The position numbers and the translations under genes are program-made. A stretch of DNA of 64,000 bases from an uncultured Desulfobacter sp. (GTDB lineage Bacteria; Desulfobacterota; Desulfobacteria; Desulfobacterales; Desulfobacteraceae): contig OY762069.1 in NCBI GenBank assembly GCA_963665095.1, positions 1,696,001 to 1,760,000 on the forward strand, in the 5' to 3' direction. The notes beneath the pieces were generated by a model. It did no database searches. It worked only from the letters and a program-made list of their open reading frames with translations, and had not been told where the DNA came from. Shown piece by piece: positions 40,046 to 51,154 of this stretch; within the stretch, counting starts at the first letter, position 1, and every line of letters begins with the position of its first letter.

Positions 40046-40852
40046 TTATGCAAAAACCGTTGTGGTCTGGTAGCTCAACACAGCCAGGCGGTCCTCAGGG
40101 TCCCAGACAGTGCTGCGCTCATGAACATAGCCCCTTTCAGCGCTGTCAACGGTGCAGTGATATGCCCACCATTCATTTTCAGAGCAGGTGATACGGTTCA
40201 GATGGACAAATTCAAGTGCCCATGTCATTGTGCTGGCTGCGGCGGGCTGCGTCAACATGGCCAGCACAGGCGTGGGCCAGGCATCGGCCAGGGCCACCAG
40301 CCACTCTTCGGTCAGACAGTCCGTCTCTTCCCGGAAATTGATCCAGCCGCCAAGTGCATCACCGCCTTTGCCGGAAAATGGTAAATCCCCCACAGCCCAC
40401 CGATAATCAAAATGGCGGGTAAATGCCGGTGTCAGGTCTTTAATATAAGGCAGCTCAAGGGCCTTTGACGGGGCAGGCATCTCCAGTCGTTTCACTGGTG
40501 CGATCTGGATTCTGGAGTCACGGTCTCCGCCAAAACTTCCCACAGCGGTCGAGCAGATGTTATCGTTCTGAATGACTCTTGACTCAATGGTTGTCACAGA
40601 TTTCCCGGAACGTAGTACCCGGGTCTGGATGAAGAAAGGATCTGAATTCAAGGGCCCGATAAAGGTAAACAAAAGCGTGCGGATCTTTCTTTCCTGCGGT
40701 ACATGCCCCCGCATGGACTTTAAAACCATGGCAGCCACCAGGCCACCATATACAGTGCGTCCCTGCATCCAGTCCGGAGGAACGTTTAAAGGGATTTTCC
40801 CTGTTATGTCCTGAACTTGATCCATCAAATCGGCAAATGTCGTATCAGCCAT
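40046..40852 (-). CDS. TesB-like acyl-CoA thioesterase family protein
   Basis: WMQGRTVYGG, LRSGKS, LADAWP; double hot-dog pattern; AGGAG RBS. Confidence 0.88.
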   Translation of the reverse strand: MADTTFADLMDQVQDITGKIPLNVPPDWMQGRTVYGGLVAAMVLKSMRGHVPQERKIRTLLFTFIGPLNSDPFFIQTRVLRSGKSVTTIESRVIQNDNICSTAVGSFGGDRDSRIQIAPVKRLEMPAPSKALELPYIKDLTPAFTRHFDYRWAVGDLPFSGKGGDALGGWINFREETDCLTEEWLVALADAWPTPVLAMLTQPAAASTMTWALEFVHLNRITCSENEWWAYHCTVDSAERGYVHERSTVWDPEDRLAVLSYQTTTVFA

Positions 40853-41069
40853 ATTCTCACTCCTTATCAGATAATTCCACGTTGAAGCCATTTAAAACCA
40901 GACACCATTTTATTCCCGATTAAGAATATACATTAAGCACAGCTTCATGGATATCAATGCCGGGCACCACGCTTATTTTTTTTACCCTGCCTGTTTCAAG
41001 GTGATCCAGATGATCGAAAGGCCTCTATCCATCTTGTAAGGCCTTAAAGAATGGTATAAAAGTCTTGCT

Positions 41070-42583
41070 GTGATGCGTTTTATTTACAAGTACCGGTTTG
41101 CGGTCATTGCAGCGGCTGCATGCCTTTTAATTGCAGCGATTATCTATGCGGTCCGCTCCCCTGAGGATCGCCCGGAACTTAAGCGTGCGTCTTTTACCCT
41201 GCCCCAGGAGGATAAAGATTGGATCTGGAACAACCCCAAAGTGACCGTTGGGGTGGATCTTGACTTCGCCCCCATTGAACAGCTGGACCACAACGGCCGT
41301 TATGTGGGTGTTACTGCCGACTTTCTGGCCCTGGTCACGGAAAAAACCGGGCTGAAATTCACTATTGACGCAGACAGCACCTGGGCCTAGAGCCTTGCCC
41401 GTATCAAGGAGGGTAAAATCTATATGCTCGGGGCAGCCGGTTTTTCTTTACCCTGCCCCTTAGGGTGCTGTCGGGAAGTGCGGCTTTAGAGCCACCATCA
41501 GGCACTGCCCTGCCCCCGGGAGGCTACCGGGCCCTGCTTAAGGGGAAACGGATTCTGGTGGCAGAAGATACCCCCACCAACCAGGAGATCATCCTGGCAG
41601 TGCTGGATCTGGCCGGTGTTAAAACCGTTCTGGCCGATACCGGAGAGAAAGCCGTTGCCCAGGCCGCAGCCAGCCGGTTTCATGCCGTGCTCATGGACCT
41701 CCAGATGCCGGTGATGGACGGATTTGAGGCAGCCAGGGCCATCCGGAAGCAGGCGCATGGCCGGGATATACCCATCATCGCGATGACAGCCCACGCCCTG
41801 AAGGAGGATGAAGCACGCTGCCTGGCCGCCGGCATGGACGCCTATATCTCCAAGCCCATCAACCAGGAAAAGCTATTCTCCACCCTGATCCAACACATTT
41901 ATGCCACAGATACTGACACCTTGCCCGGGACGGAGCCGATTCCGGTCCTGAACGCTTTGGACAATACAGATATTGTTCTGCCTGAAAAGCTGCCCGGCAT
42001 AGACATTGGCCGGGCCATGGCGGCGTTAGGCGTTTCCTCCCCGGTATTCCTGCGGATTTTATCTACCTTTCTGCGGGATATCCCCTCTGTGCTGGAGGGT
42101 ATCAAATCCGCATGGGGAACAGATGACAAAGAGCGGGTCATCCGCCTGACCCACAGCCTGAAAGGCAGTGCCGGCGGTATCGGCGCAATAAAAACCCATG
42201 AGATTGCTCTGGAGATGGAGATCCTGTGCCGCAACGCCGCCTGCCTTCCCCGGATGAATGCAGCCGGAATAACAGAACTGAAAAAGGCTGTTAACGAAGT
42301 GCTTACCGCCATCTGCACCATAATGCCCTCCCCGGAATCAGACGCCCTCCCCCCGGCCCTGGACAACGGTGGTCCTGACGCTGAAAAACTGGCAACGCTT
42401 CTAAATAAGCTCGCGCATGCTCTGGAATTTCCGGAGCTGACCGAACTTGATCTCCTTCTGGACCAACTCGATGCCTTTGCCACCCATTCCGAGATTAGCC
42501 GGCTTAAGGACCAGATTCTCTCCCATGATTATGATCCAGCCAGACAGACTGTACAAAAACTTCAAACGATATTTAATGGATAG
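41070..42583 (+). pseudogene. Disrupted hybrid sensor kinase: PBP N-terminus with premature TAG (41388-41390), kinase core deleted, REC-Hpt C-terminus retained (41465-42583)
   Basis: PBP-like reading continues past the stop (SLARIKEGKIYMLGAA), then jumps to ILVAED...LMDLQMP...KP and HSLKG (Hpt). No HisKA/HATPase present. Confidence 0.75.
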
Positions 42584-42586
42584 CCC

Positions 42587-44364
42587 ATGAACCAGCATCT
42601 GATCATGATCGTGGACGACAGCACCACAAACATAGATATCCTGGCCTCCACCCTTAAAGACCAGTACCGGATCACCATTGCCAAAAGCGGGGAGACCGCC
42701 CTGAGCCGCCTTGAAAAACAGATACCGGACCTTATTCTGCTTGATGTGGTCATGCCGGGCATGGACGGGTTTGAGGTGTGCCGGCGCCTGAAAATAGATC
42801 CAGCCACCCGGCAGATCCCGGTGATCTTTATTACGGCCATGGAGGAGGCGGAGCAGAAAACAAAAGGCTTTTCCCTGGGTGCTGTGGACTATATTGTCCG
42901 TCCCTTTCACGCCGCCGAAGTGCGGGCCCGGGTAAAAACCCATCTGTCCCTGCAGGACCTGATCAAGGCCCTGGCACTTCAGAACCGGACGATCAACCAG
43001 GCGCTTAAGGAAAAAAGCCGGCAGCTGGATGCCCTGATTGCCAATCTGCCGGGCATGGTCTACCACTCCCGGTGTCATGACGGCTGGCACATGGAGTTTG
43101 TCAGTGACGGATGCAGGGAACTGACCGGCCATGCCCCGGACTATTTCCTGGATAAAACCGTAGACCACTATGCCCTCATGGCAGATCCCGCAGCCTGCGA
43201 CCAGGCACGGAAAACCAGAGAAACCGCACTGTTAAAACACGCGCCCTTTGCCATCACCTACGCCATCCGGACCGCCGCCGGCCACAGACGATGGGTGCTT
43301 GAGCAGGGCATGGGCGTTTACGACACCGAGGGGGATCTCATTGGCGCAGAAGGCGTCATCTGCGATGTCACCGAAAGGCAGCAGAAGGCGCTGGCCCTGG
43401 AAAATGAAAATCGGCATCTTAAATCAGGCATCATGCCCAGAAACCAGTTTGGAGACATTGTGGGCAGTTCCCAGGCCATGCAGCTGGTTTATGACCGGAT
43501 TATCAAGAGTGCCGCCTGTAATGATTCCGTGATTATCTATGGTCCTTCAGGTACGGGCAAAGAACTTGTGGCAAGGGCAATCCACAAAAACAGCCGCCGC
43601 AGTAACCAACCCTTTATCCCCATCAATTGCGGGGCCATCCCTGAGGCACTCATTGAAAGCGAATTTTTCGGCCATGCCAGGGGGGCATTTTCCGGTGCCA
43701 ATACCGACAAGCAAGGGGTGCTCGATATGGCCGACGGGGGCACGTTGTTCCTGGACGAATTAGGGGAGATCTCCATGGCAATGCAGGTCAAGCTTTTGCG
43801 GGTCATGGACGGCAACGGCTATATTCCTGTGGGCGGACCACCCTTAAAAAGCCGGATATCCGGTTTATCAGCGCCACCAACCGGGACCTTCAGCAGCGGG
43901 TCAGGGAGAAAAAACTGCGGGAGGACTTTTTCTTCAGGGTTCACATCATTCCCATCACCCTTCCGGCACTGAAGGAACGGAAAGAGGACATCCCTTTGCT
44001 CATCGAACATTTTTTAAATTCCTACCCCGATCATAGCGGCAGGGACGCACTGACCCCGGAGATGCTGAACACCATGCAGGCATATGCCTGGCCCGGCAAT
44101 GTCCGCCAGCTGCAAAACATGATTTACCAGTTCCTGGTTTTAGGAAAGATGGATTTTCCCGATATTTCCACCCTGTCCAGGGGGGCCGCGCCCACCCACC
44201 CCGCCGCCTGCCTGCCCCTGAAAACAGCTGTGCAGGAATTTGAAAAAGAGTATATTGCAAAAACGCTTGCCAGCAACAACGGGAAAAAAGGAAAAATCGC
44301 CGGGCTGCTGGGTATGGACCGCAAAACCCTGTTCAGAAAAATGAAACGATACGGCCTGGATTAG
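42587..44364 (+). pseudogene. Sigma54-dependent REC-PAS-AAA-HTH regulator, frameshifted near 43836
   Basis: [22 protein letters not shown] in one frame; the continuation [14 protein letters not shown]...REDFFFR...[11 protein letters not shown]...WPGNVRQL...HTH lies in another frame. Confidence 0.85.
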
Positions 44365-44568
44365 TCGCTTTCATAACATGTTACAAAAAATCCATCCAGA
44401 CCGGAGAAAAAAATCAAAAACCCTAACCCTTCCCAAAAGCCGGCTACAGGATGGCGGGCTGATATACGCTTGATTTAAGATGACCGGGCTGATAAAAATC
44501 AGGAAGATCAACAGCTGGCCGGGTTATTCCCAACCTTGCATAAAAGTTTTATAAAAAAGGAATCCATT

Positions 44569-45981
44569 ATGACCAGAGAATTTGAGGTGGCGATTATCGG
44601 AGCGGGTACGGCCGGACTGACTGCCCAGGAAGAGGTGGTAAAGCACACGGACAGTTACGTACTCATTGATGACGGACCTTTGGGCACCACCTGCGCCCGG
44701 GTGGGCTGTATGCCGTCCAAGGCCCTGATTGCCGTGGCCAACGACCTGCACAAATGCGATTTCTTTAATGAGTACGGCATTGACGGCGCCGAAAACCTGA
44801 CCCCGGATTATGCCCGCATCATGGCCCGGGTCCGGTCCATGCGGGACGAGTTTGCCGGCGGCGTGGTCCATGACATGGCCGGCTTCATGGACAAGGTGAT
44901 CCGCAAACGGGCCCGGTTCCTTGGCCCCAACACCCTGGATCTTGGAGATGAAACCATCCGGGCAAAAAGCATCATCATCGCCACGGGCTCAAAGCCCTGG
45001 ATCCCGGAGCATTGGCTGCCTTACAAGGATTTTATCATTGATACGGACCAGTTCTTCGAGCTTGAAACCCTGCCCCGGACCATGGCGGTGTTTGGATTAG
45101 GTGTCATCGGCATCGAATTAGGCCAGGCACTGCACCGGCTTGGGGTAAAGGTAACCGCAGTCAGCCGCCGGAAAACAGCCGGCGGCCTGACCGATCCCAT
45201 ACTTGCTGAATACGCCTTTGACCATTTTTCAAAGGAGATGCACATTGAACAGGGCACTGCAGAGATACTGGAGCGAACCGAAACCGGCCTTACCGTGGGA
45301 TGTGGCCACAAAAGCTGGCCCGTGGACCGGGTGCTCCTGGCCACGGGCAGACGGCCCATGCTCCAGGGGCTGGGCCTGGAAAATCTCGGGGTTGGCCTGG
45401 ATGCAAAGGGAATGCCGGTCTTTGATCCGGAAACCCTTCAGGTGGGCAACCTGCCTGTTTTCCTGGCAGGGGATGTGAACGGCCTGAAACCCATCCTCCA
45501 TGAAGCTGCGGATGACGGCACCATTGCAGGATATAATGCCTGTGCCGGCACCATGGCCCGGTTTAAAAAACGCACCCCGCTTCAGATCACCTTCTCATCA
45601 CCGGATATCGCCATTGCAGGCGTTTCTCACAAAGTCCTGACTGAAAAAGGTGTTGATTTCCTGGTGGGAGAAGCCTCCTGGGAGGCGCTGGGCAGGGCAA
45701 GGATGATGCTGGGCAGGGCTGCCGGAAGAGCACGAATTTATGCAGAACCCGTTGAGGGCCGGCTGCTGGGTGCAGAACTCATGGCCCCGGGAGGGGAACA
45801 TATGGCCCATCTTTTATCCTGGGCCATGGGAGCGGGCCTTACCATCAAAGAAATTCTGGGCATGCCCTTTTACCATCCCGTGCCTGAAGAGGCGCTGCTG
45901 GACGCTTTTCTTCAGATTGCGTCACAGATTTCACACCCTGTATCCGGGCCGGTGCTTGACATGACCCGGGGAAAACAGTGA
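44569..45981 (+). CDS. Dihydrolipoamide dehydrogenase-like pyridine nucleotide-disulfide oxidoreductase
   Basis: GAGTAG, GTTCARVGCMPSK, GLGVIGIE, FYHPVPEE. Confidence 0.9.
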   Translation: MTREFEVAIIGAGTAGLTAQEEVVKHTDSYVLIDDGPLGTTCARVGCMPSKALIAVANDLHKCDFFNEYGIDGAENLTPDYARIMARVRSMRDEFAGGVVHDMAGFMDKVIRKRARFLGPNTLDLGDETIRAKSIIIATGSKPWIPEHWLPYKDFIIDTDQFFELETLPRTMAVFGLGVIGIELGQALHRLGVKVTAVSRRKTAGGLTDPILAEYAFDHFSKEMHIEQGTAEILERTETGLTVGCGHKSWPVDRVLLATGRRPMLQGLGLENLGVGLDAKGMPVFDPETLQVGNLPVFLAGDVNGLKPILHEAADDGTIAGYNACAGTMARFKKRTPLQITFSSPDIAIAGVSHKVLTEKGVDFLVGEASWEALGRARMMLGRAAGRARIYAEPVEGRLLGAELMAPGGEHMAHLLSWAMGAGLTIKEILGMPFYHPVPEEALLDAFLQIASQISHPVSGPVLDMTRGKQ

Positions 45982-46034
45982 ATCAGCGCGCCCGGCCACA
46001 ATAACATCAGTCTGTAACCAAAGGGGCTGAACCA

Positions 46035-47141
46035 ATGGAGACAAATGAATCAAAGGGTGTGAACCAGTTTTTATCCACAACCCGGTGCCATATCAAAAAG
46101 CACGGGATTGATACCCTGGTTTTTGGGAATGAGGCGACCGATCTCGACTCCGTGGTATCAGCCATTGGCCTGGCCTGGGCGTTAACCCTTGATGCCCCGC
46201 ATTGCAGTGCGCTGCCCCTGATTCCCATTGAACGCCCTGATTTCAGACTGAAGACGGAAAGCCGCTGGGTGCTGGCCCAGGTTGGGATTGATGAGGATCG
46301 TCTCTGTTTTCTGGACGATGCCGTCAGGAGTGACAGCACTTTAGATCAATTCATGACCGGAATCAAAGAGCTGGCCCTGGTGGACCACAACCAGCTTTCT
46401 GTGAAATTTTCCACCTATAAAAACAAAGTGCGTCTCATTGTGGACCACCATGAGGACCAGGGCCTGTACCCAAAGGCCCGACGCCGGATCGCCCGGGTGG
46501 GGTCCTGTGCCACCCTGATCGGTGAAATACTGATCCACCGGAAAGACACCCCTGTGCCCGTGGACCTGGCGACACTGTTGTTGGGGGCCATACTCATTGA
46601 CACAGTGAATCTTGATCCCATGGCCGGTCGGGCCACCCCCAGGGACAGGAATGTTGCCGGTGTTCTTATCTCGCTTACCGGTATGGACAGAGACAAATAC
46701 TATCAGGGGATCTGCCGGGCAAAATCAGATATCGCAGATCTGGACACTGTCGACCTGCTGCGGAGGGATGAAAAAACGTTCCAATTCGGCAACCTTCTTT
46801 GTAGTATATCCTCGGTCCCCCTCTGTCTTGATCAATGGATAAAAAAAGACCCTAAGCTTGTTTTGAACCTTGAGACCCGGCGCAGGGCAATACAGGCAGA
46901 TATACTTATTACCATGAACACCTGTAATACACCTGAATTTTCAAGGGATATGGCCATCACAGGCAAAGATCCCGCGCTTCTTATCCCCCTTTTAAAAATG
47001 CTATCCTCAAACGGACTTGATCTGACACCCATGCACCAGACCACGCAGGAAAGCGACGGCAACACCTTATTTTTCAATCAGAAAAACCCAGCAGTTTCCA
47101 GAAAAAAACTTATCCCCATGCTGGCGCGCCACTTTTCCTGA
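46035..47141 (+). CDS. DHH/DHHA2 exopolyphosphatase or pyrophosphatase (PPX1/Prune-like)
   Basis: GNEATDLDS, LVDHN, IVDHH, VGSCATL, ILIDTVN, LLRRDEK, SRKK. Confidence 0.85.
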   Translation: METNESKGVNQFLSTTRCHIKKHGIDTLVFGNEATDLDSVVSAIGLAWALTLDAPHCSALPLIPIERPDFRLKTESRWVLAQVGIDEDRLCFLDDAVRSDSTLDQFMTGIKELALVDHNQLSVKFSTYKNKVRLIVDHHEDQGLYPKARRRIARVGSCATLIGEILIHRKDTPVPVDLATLLLGAILIDTVNLDPMAGRATPRDRNVAGVLISLTGMDRDKYYQGICRAKSDIADLDTVDLLRRDEKTFQFGNLLCSISSVPLCLDQWIKKDPKLVLNLETRRRAIQADILITMNTCNTPEFSRDMAITGKDPALLIPLLKMLSSNGLDLTPMHQTTQESDGNTLFFNQKNPAVSRKKLIPMLARHFS

Positions 47142-47474
47142 TCCCGCATGGAAACCCGATAAGCTGCCAATCACCTCAGCAGTGCCCTGAAAAACCTCAT
47201 TTGTTCATCAACATTTTCTAACCCGTCTCTAACCCGACACCTATAGATAGAGCATTTGTACAGTTTAAATTCAGTTCATCACGTAATGACATTGTAGTTC
47301 AGGCTTCGGGTTGCAGTGCTGTATCAGCCACGCAGCAGGTATAGTGCCAGAAATTTTATCCGGCACCTGTGTAACCAGGCTGTCACAAGGTGTTAAAAAA
47401 AAGAAAATGAACTGAAATAACCGTAAAAGGGAGACACAGAGTCGTATAATTTTTAAAAAAAGGAGAAGAGTGCA

Positions 47475-50400
47475 ATGAGAACATTGCAAAAACAATTATG
47501 GTGCCTGCTTCTGATGGTCTTTCTGGCCATTATAAGCAGTTGTAATGGCAATAATGACAGCGATAACAGCTCAAATACAGAATCAAACAATCTGAGCCTG
47601 ACCATCATGCATATCAATGATACCCATTCCTATGCAGAAGGAGACTCCCTCACCCTTGACATTGATGGCACTGAGACAACTTTTGAGGCAGGCGGTTACC
47701 CGAGACTGGTCCAGAAGGTGAATGAAATCCGGGCAGAATCGTCCAATACACTGCTGCTGCACGCAGGTGATGCTGTCCAGGGCACTTTATATTTCACGGC
47801 CTATGAAGGAGAAGCAGACTACGAATTTCTCAATGAGATGGGCGTTGACGTCATGTGCGTGGGCAACCACGAATTTGACAAGGGACCGGAATACCTTGAC
47901 AAATTCATTGATTATGCTGAGTTCCCCATCATCTCGGCAAATATTGATGCTGCCGCAGATGACTACCTGGCCGGTGAACTTGAGCCCTATGTCATTAAAG
48001 AATATGACGGAGAAAAGGTGGGAATCATCGGGTTGACCACCACCACCACGGCCGGGACGTCCAGCCCCGGAGACAATGTTGTCTTTAACGATGTTGTTGA
48101 TACGGTGAATACCTACGTGGCAGAACTGGAGGGTCAGGGCGTCAACAAAATCATTCTTCTGACCCATCTGGGCTATGATGAGGATGTGGCACTTGCCGCA
48201 GAGGTTGACGGCGTAGACATCATTGTGGGAGGCCATTCACATACCCTTCTGGGTGGCGAGGAGCTGGAAAGCTTAGGATTAAGCCCCAGTGCCGCCTACC
48301 CCACGGAGGTTGAAAACTTAAGTGGAGAAAAAACCTATGTTGTGCAGGCCTATGAGCACACCCTGGTACTGGGAAAGCTGAACGTCGAATTTGACGGGGA
48401 CGGTGTTGTCACCAGCATTGACGGCACCCCCATTCTGGTGCTGGGCGAAGGCAATATTACCCAGGAGGATGAAAACGGGGATGATGTCGAATTAACCGGC
48501 GAATCCCTTGAAGCAGTTCAAAACGCCATCGCCCAAATCAGTTGTGCGGAACTGGTTGCCGAAGATATCAACGCCGCCACAGCACTTGAGCCGTACAGTG
48601 CCGGCATTGCTGAAAAAGAGGCAGAGGTGGTTGCCTCCGCCTCCTCCAACCTTTACCACACGCGGGTTCCCTTTACTGACAAGTACTCGGAAGGCGTCCC
48701 CCTGCCCTACGGCAGCTACATTGCGCCCATTGTGGCGGAAGGCATGCTCTGGAAGGCCAATGGGGTGGGGCAGGCATGTGATTTCGCCCTGATTAATGCG
48801 GGCGGCCCCAGAAAAACCATCCCCAAAGGAGATATCACCATCGCTGATGTATATGAACTCCTGCCTTTTGGGAACACCTTGTTTGCACTTGAGTTAACCG
48901 GTGCCCAGTGGAAAGCGGCACTTCAGCTCGGAGTGACAGAAGGGGCAGACGGTTCCGATACCGGGGGCTATCCCTACGTGGCCGGCTGCCGTTACATTGT
49001 GGATGCCCTGACAAATCCGGACAACCCCGAGGTGACAGCGGTTCAAACCCAGGATGACGACGGGAACTGGGTTGACATTGATGATGATGAAACCTACAGA
49101 ATTATCACCATTAACTATCTGGCAAATGGCGGTGATTACTATGATGTGCTGAAAAATTCCAGCGGATATCGCTATGACACCGGTTTTATCGATGCAGAGG
49201 TATTCCAGGAATATGCAGAACACCTTGGCACCCTGGACAGACCGGATTCCACCAATTTGATTTATACCACTGAGGCAGTGGTATTAAAGATGGTTGAAAC
49301 AACGGATGTTCACGGTTCGCTGCTGCCCTATGATTTCATTGAGGCAGAGGCAATTGTCCACTCATTGACCCAGATCAACACCTATGTGACCTCAGAAAGA
49401 GAAAAAGCGTCACAAAGCTCTCAAAGCAGTGTGATCCTCCTTGACGGCGGTGATATTCTCCAGGGCCAGCCCATTGTTAACTACTATAACTATGAAAGAG
49501 ACACCCTGGACAACCATATTATCCCGGACGTCATGAATTATATGGAATATGATGCAGGGACGGTGGGCAACCACGATATTGAACCGGGCAAAAGCGTTTA
49601 CGACGCTGTAAACACCCAGTTCAACTTCCCATGGCTTGCTGCCAACTGCGTGGACACCACTACCAATGAGCCCTATTTCGATCCCTATACCATCATAGAA
49701 AAAAACGGGATCAGGATTGCTGTCCTCGGGTTGATTACACCGGGCGTTCCCTCCTGGCTGCCTGAATCAGTCCGGGAGAACATGGCGTTTGACGACATGA
49801 TCGAATCGGCACAAACCTGGGTCTCCTATATTCAGGAGAATGAAGATCCGGATCTGATTGTGGGCCTTTTCCACTCCGGCACCGACTATACGTACAGCGG
49901 GACCGAAACCTCGGAAAAAAATGAAAACGCATCGGAACTGGTTGCCAAACAGGTTCCCGGATTTGACATCGTTTTCACAGGTCATGACCATGACAACCAT
50001 GCCTATACCGTGGAAAACACAGAAGGCAAAACCGTCTGGATTCTGGGAGCGACCAATGCAGCCAACTATCTGGCTGATGCAACAGTGGTTTTGACACCCG
50101 ATGATAACGGATCCTATACCGTGGAAGTGGACGGACTTTATAAGGATGCCACGGTGTATGATATTGATCAGGACATGTACAGCTATTTCGGTTATGCTGA
50201 AGATGCCACCAATGGGTATGTTGATGAAGCCATTGGTACCTTCACGGCATCAACCACATCAAGGGATGCCATGTTCGGGGATTCCAGCTTTAATGACCTG
50301 ATTCATGACCTGCAGTTCACAGTTGCACAGAACGTCATCGGCCAGTCCGTTGATGTCTCCTTTGCAGCCCCGCTTCAGTTTGACAAAACCATTGATGCAG

Positions 50401-51017
50401 GTACGGTGTATGTGCGTGATATGTACAAGCTGTATAAGTATGAAAACACCCTGTATGTCATGCAGCTGACCGGTGCTGAAATTGATGCGGAACTGGAGTA
50501 CTCCTATGCAAACTGGACCAACCAGATGACCAGTGCCGATGACCACCTCATCAACTTCACCTCCATTGACGAAGAGACCGGTGAATACGAACAGGCCACC
50601 CGGTACTACAACTATGACTCTGCCGCAGGAATTATATACACCGTGGATGTAAGTCAGCCGGCATATGACAGGGTAACCATACAGGGGCTGGATGCAAATC
50701 TGGATGGTGTGGTTGACGAAGGTTCCCAATGGGACGAAACCGCCACCTATAACTGTGCTGTCAACTCCTACCGGGCCGGCGGCGGCGGCGGCCACCTGAC
50801 CACCGGTGCCGGCATTGATGAAGATGCACTCACAGACCGCCAGGTGGGTGTAACTGCCAGAGACCTGCGCTATTATCTCATCGAAGAGATAAAAGACCAG
50901 GGAACCGTGACACCTGCGCCCATCGGGAACTGGGAATTTATTCCCGCAGACTGGGCCGCAGCCGGTGCGGAAAGGGATCATGAAGTCCTTTACGGCACCA
51001 GTGACGGGGATCATTAA
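47475..51017 (+). CDS. Lipoprotein with tandem 5'-nucleotidase (UshA-like) and 2',3'-cyclic-nucleotide phosphodiesterase (CpdB-like) modules
   Basis: Lipobox-like ISSC; module 1 HINDTHS, HAGDA, GNHEFD, GGHSH; module 2 ETTDVHG, DGGD.LQG.P, GNHD, GHDH, YNYDSA. Confidence 0.9.
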   Translation: MRTLQKQLWCLLLMVFLAIISSCNGNNDSDNSSNTESNNLSLTIMHINDTHSYAEGDSLTLDIDGTETTFEAGGYPRLVQKVNEIRAESSNTLLLHAGDAVQGTLYFTAYEGEADYEFLNEMGVDVMCVGNHEFDKGPEYLDKFIDYAEFPIISANIDAAADDYLAGELEPYVIKEYDGEKVGIIGLTTTTTAGTSSPGDNVVFNDVVDTVNTYVAELEGQGVNKIILLTHLGYDEDVALAAEVDGVDIIVGGHSHTLLGGEELESLGLSPSAAYPTEVENLSGEKTYVVQAYEHTLVLGKLNVEFDGDGVVTSIDGTPILVLGEGNITQEDENGDDVELTGESLEAVQNAIAQISCAELVAEDINAATALEPYSAGIAEKEAEVVASASSNLYHTRVPFTDKYSEGVPLPYGSYIAPIVAEGMLWKANGVGQACDFALINAGGPRKTIPKGDITIADVYELLPFGNTLFALELTGAQWKAALQLGVTEGADGSDTGGYPYVAGCRYIVDALTNPDNPEVTAVQTQDDDGNWVDIDDDETYRIITINYLANGGDYYDVLKNSSGYRYDTGFIDAEVFQEYAEHLGTLDRPDSTNLIYTTEAVVLKMVETTDVHGSLLPYDFIEAEAIVHSLTQINTYVTSEREKASQSSQSSVILLDGGDILQGQPIVNYYNYERDTLDNHIIPDVMNYMEYDAGTVGNHDIEPGKSVYDAVNTQFNFPWLAANCVDTTTNEPYFDPYTIIEKNGIRIAVLGLITPGVPSWLPESVRENMAFDDMIESAQTWVSYIQENEDPDLIVGLFHSGTDYTYSGTETSEKNENASELVAKQVPGFDIVFTGHDHDNHAYTVENTEGKTVWILGATNAANYLADATVVLTPDDNGSYTVEVDGLYKDATVYDIDQDMYSYFGYAEDATNGYVDEAIGTFTASTTSRDAMFGDSSFNDLIHDLQFTVAQNVIGQSVDVSFAAPLQFDKTIDAGTVYVRDMYKLYKYENTLYVMQLTGAEIDAELEYSYANWTNQMTSADDHLINFTSIDEETGEYEQATRYYNYDSAAGIIYTVDVSQPAYDRVTIQGLDANLDGVVDEGSQWDETATYNCAVNSYRAGGGGGHLTTGAGIDEDALTDRQVGVTARDLRYYLIEEIKDQGTVTPAPIGNWEFIPADWAAAGAERDHEVLYGTSDGDH

Positions 51018-51050
51018 AAACCGTTACCCGATGGGTATCATCTTAATTCC

Positions 51051-51084
51051 TCCTGCCTGAGGCAATGCCATGCCACAGGCAGGA
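51051..51084. terminator. Stem-loop after the nucleotidase gene
   Basis: TCCTGCCTGAGGCA / TGCCACAGGCAGGA followed by an A-run. Confidence 0.6.
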
Positions 51085-51154
51085 AAAAAACTAATGTCAA
51101 ACCAAAGCTTTTAAAAAGGCTTTGGTTTGACAGTTCGTTATCAGGCCATTTGTC

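Noticed and set aside
43836..43852. Programmed ribosomal frameshift in the sigma54 regulator
   Set aside because: No convincing slippery site plus stimulator, and the neighbouring gene is also broken, so decay or a sequencing error is simpler.
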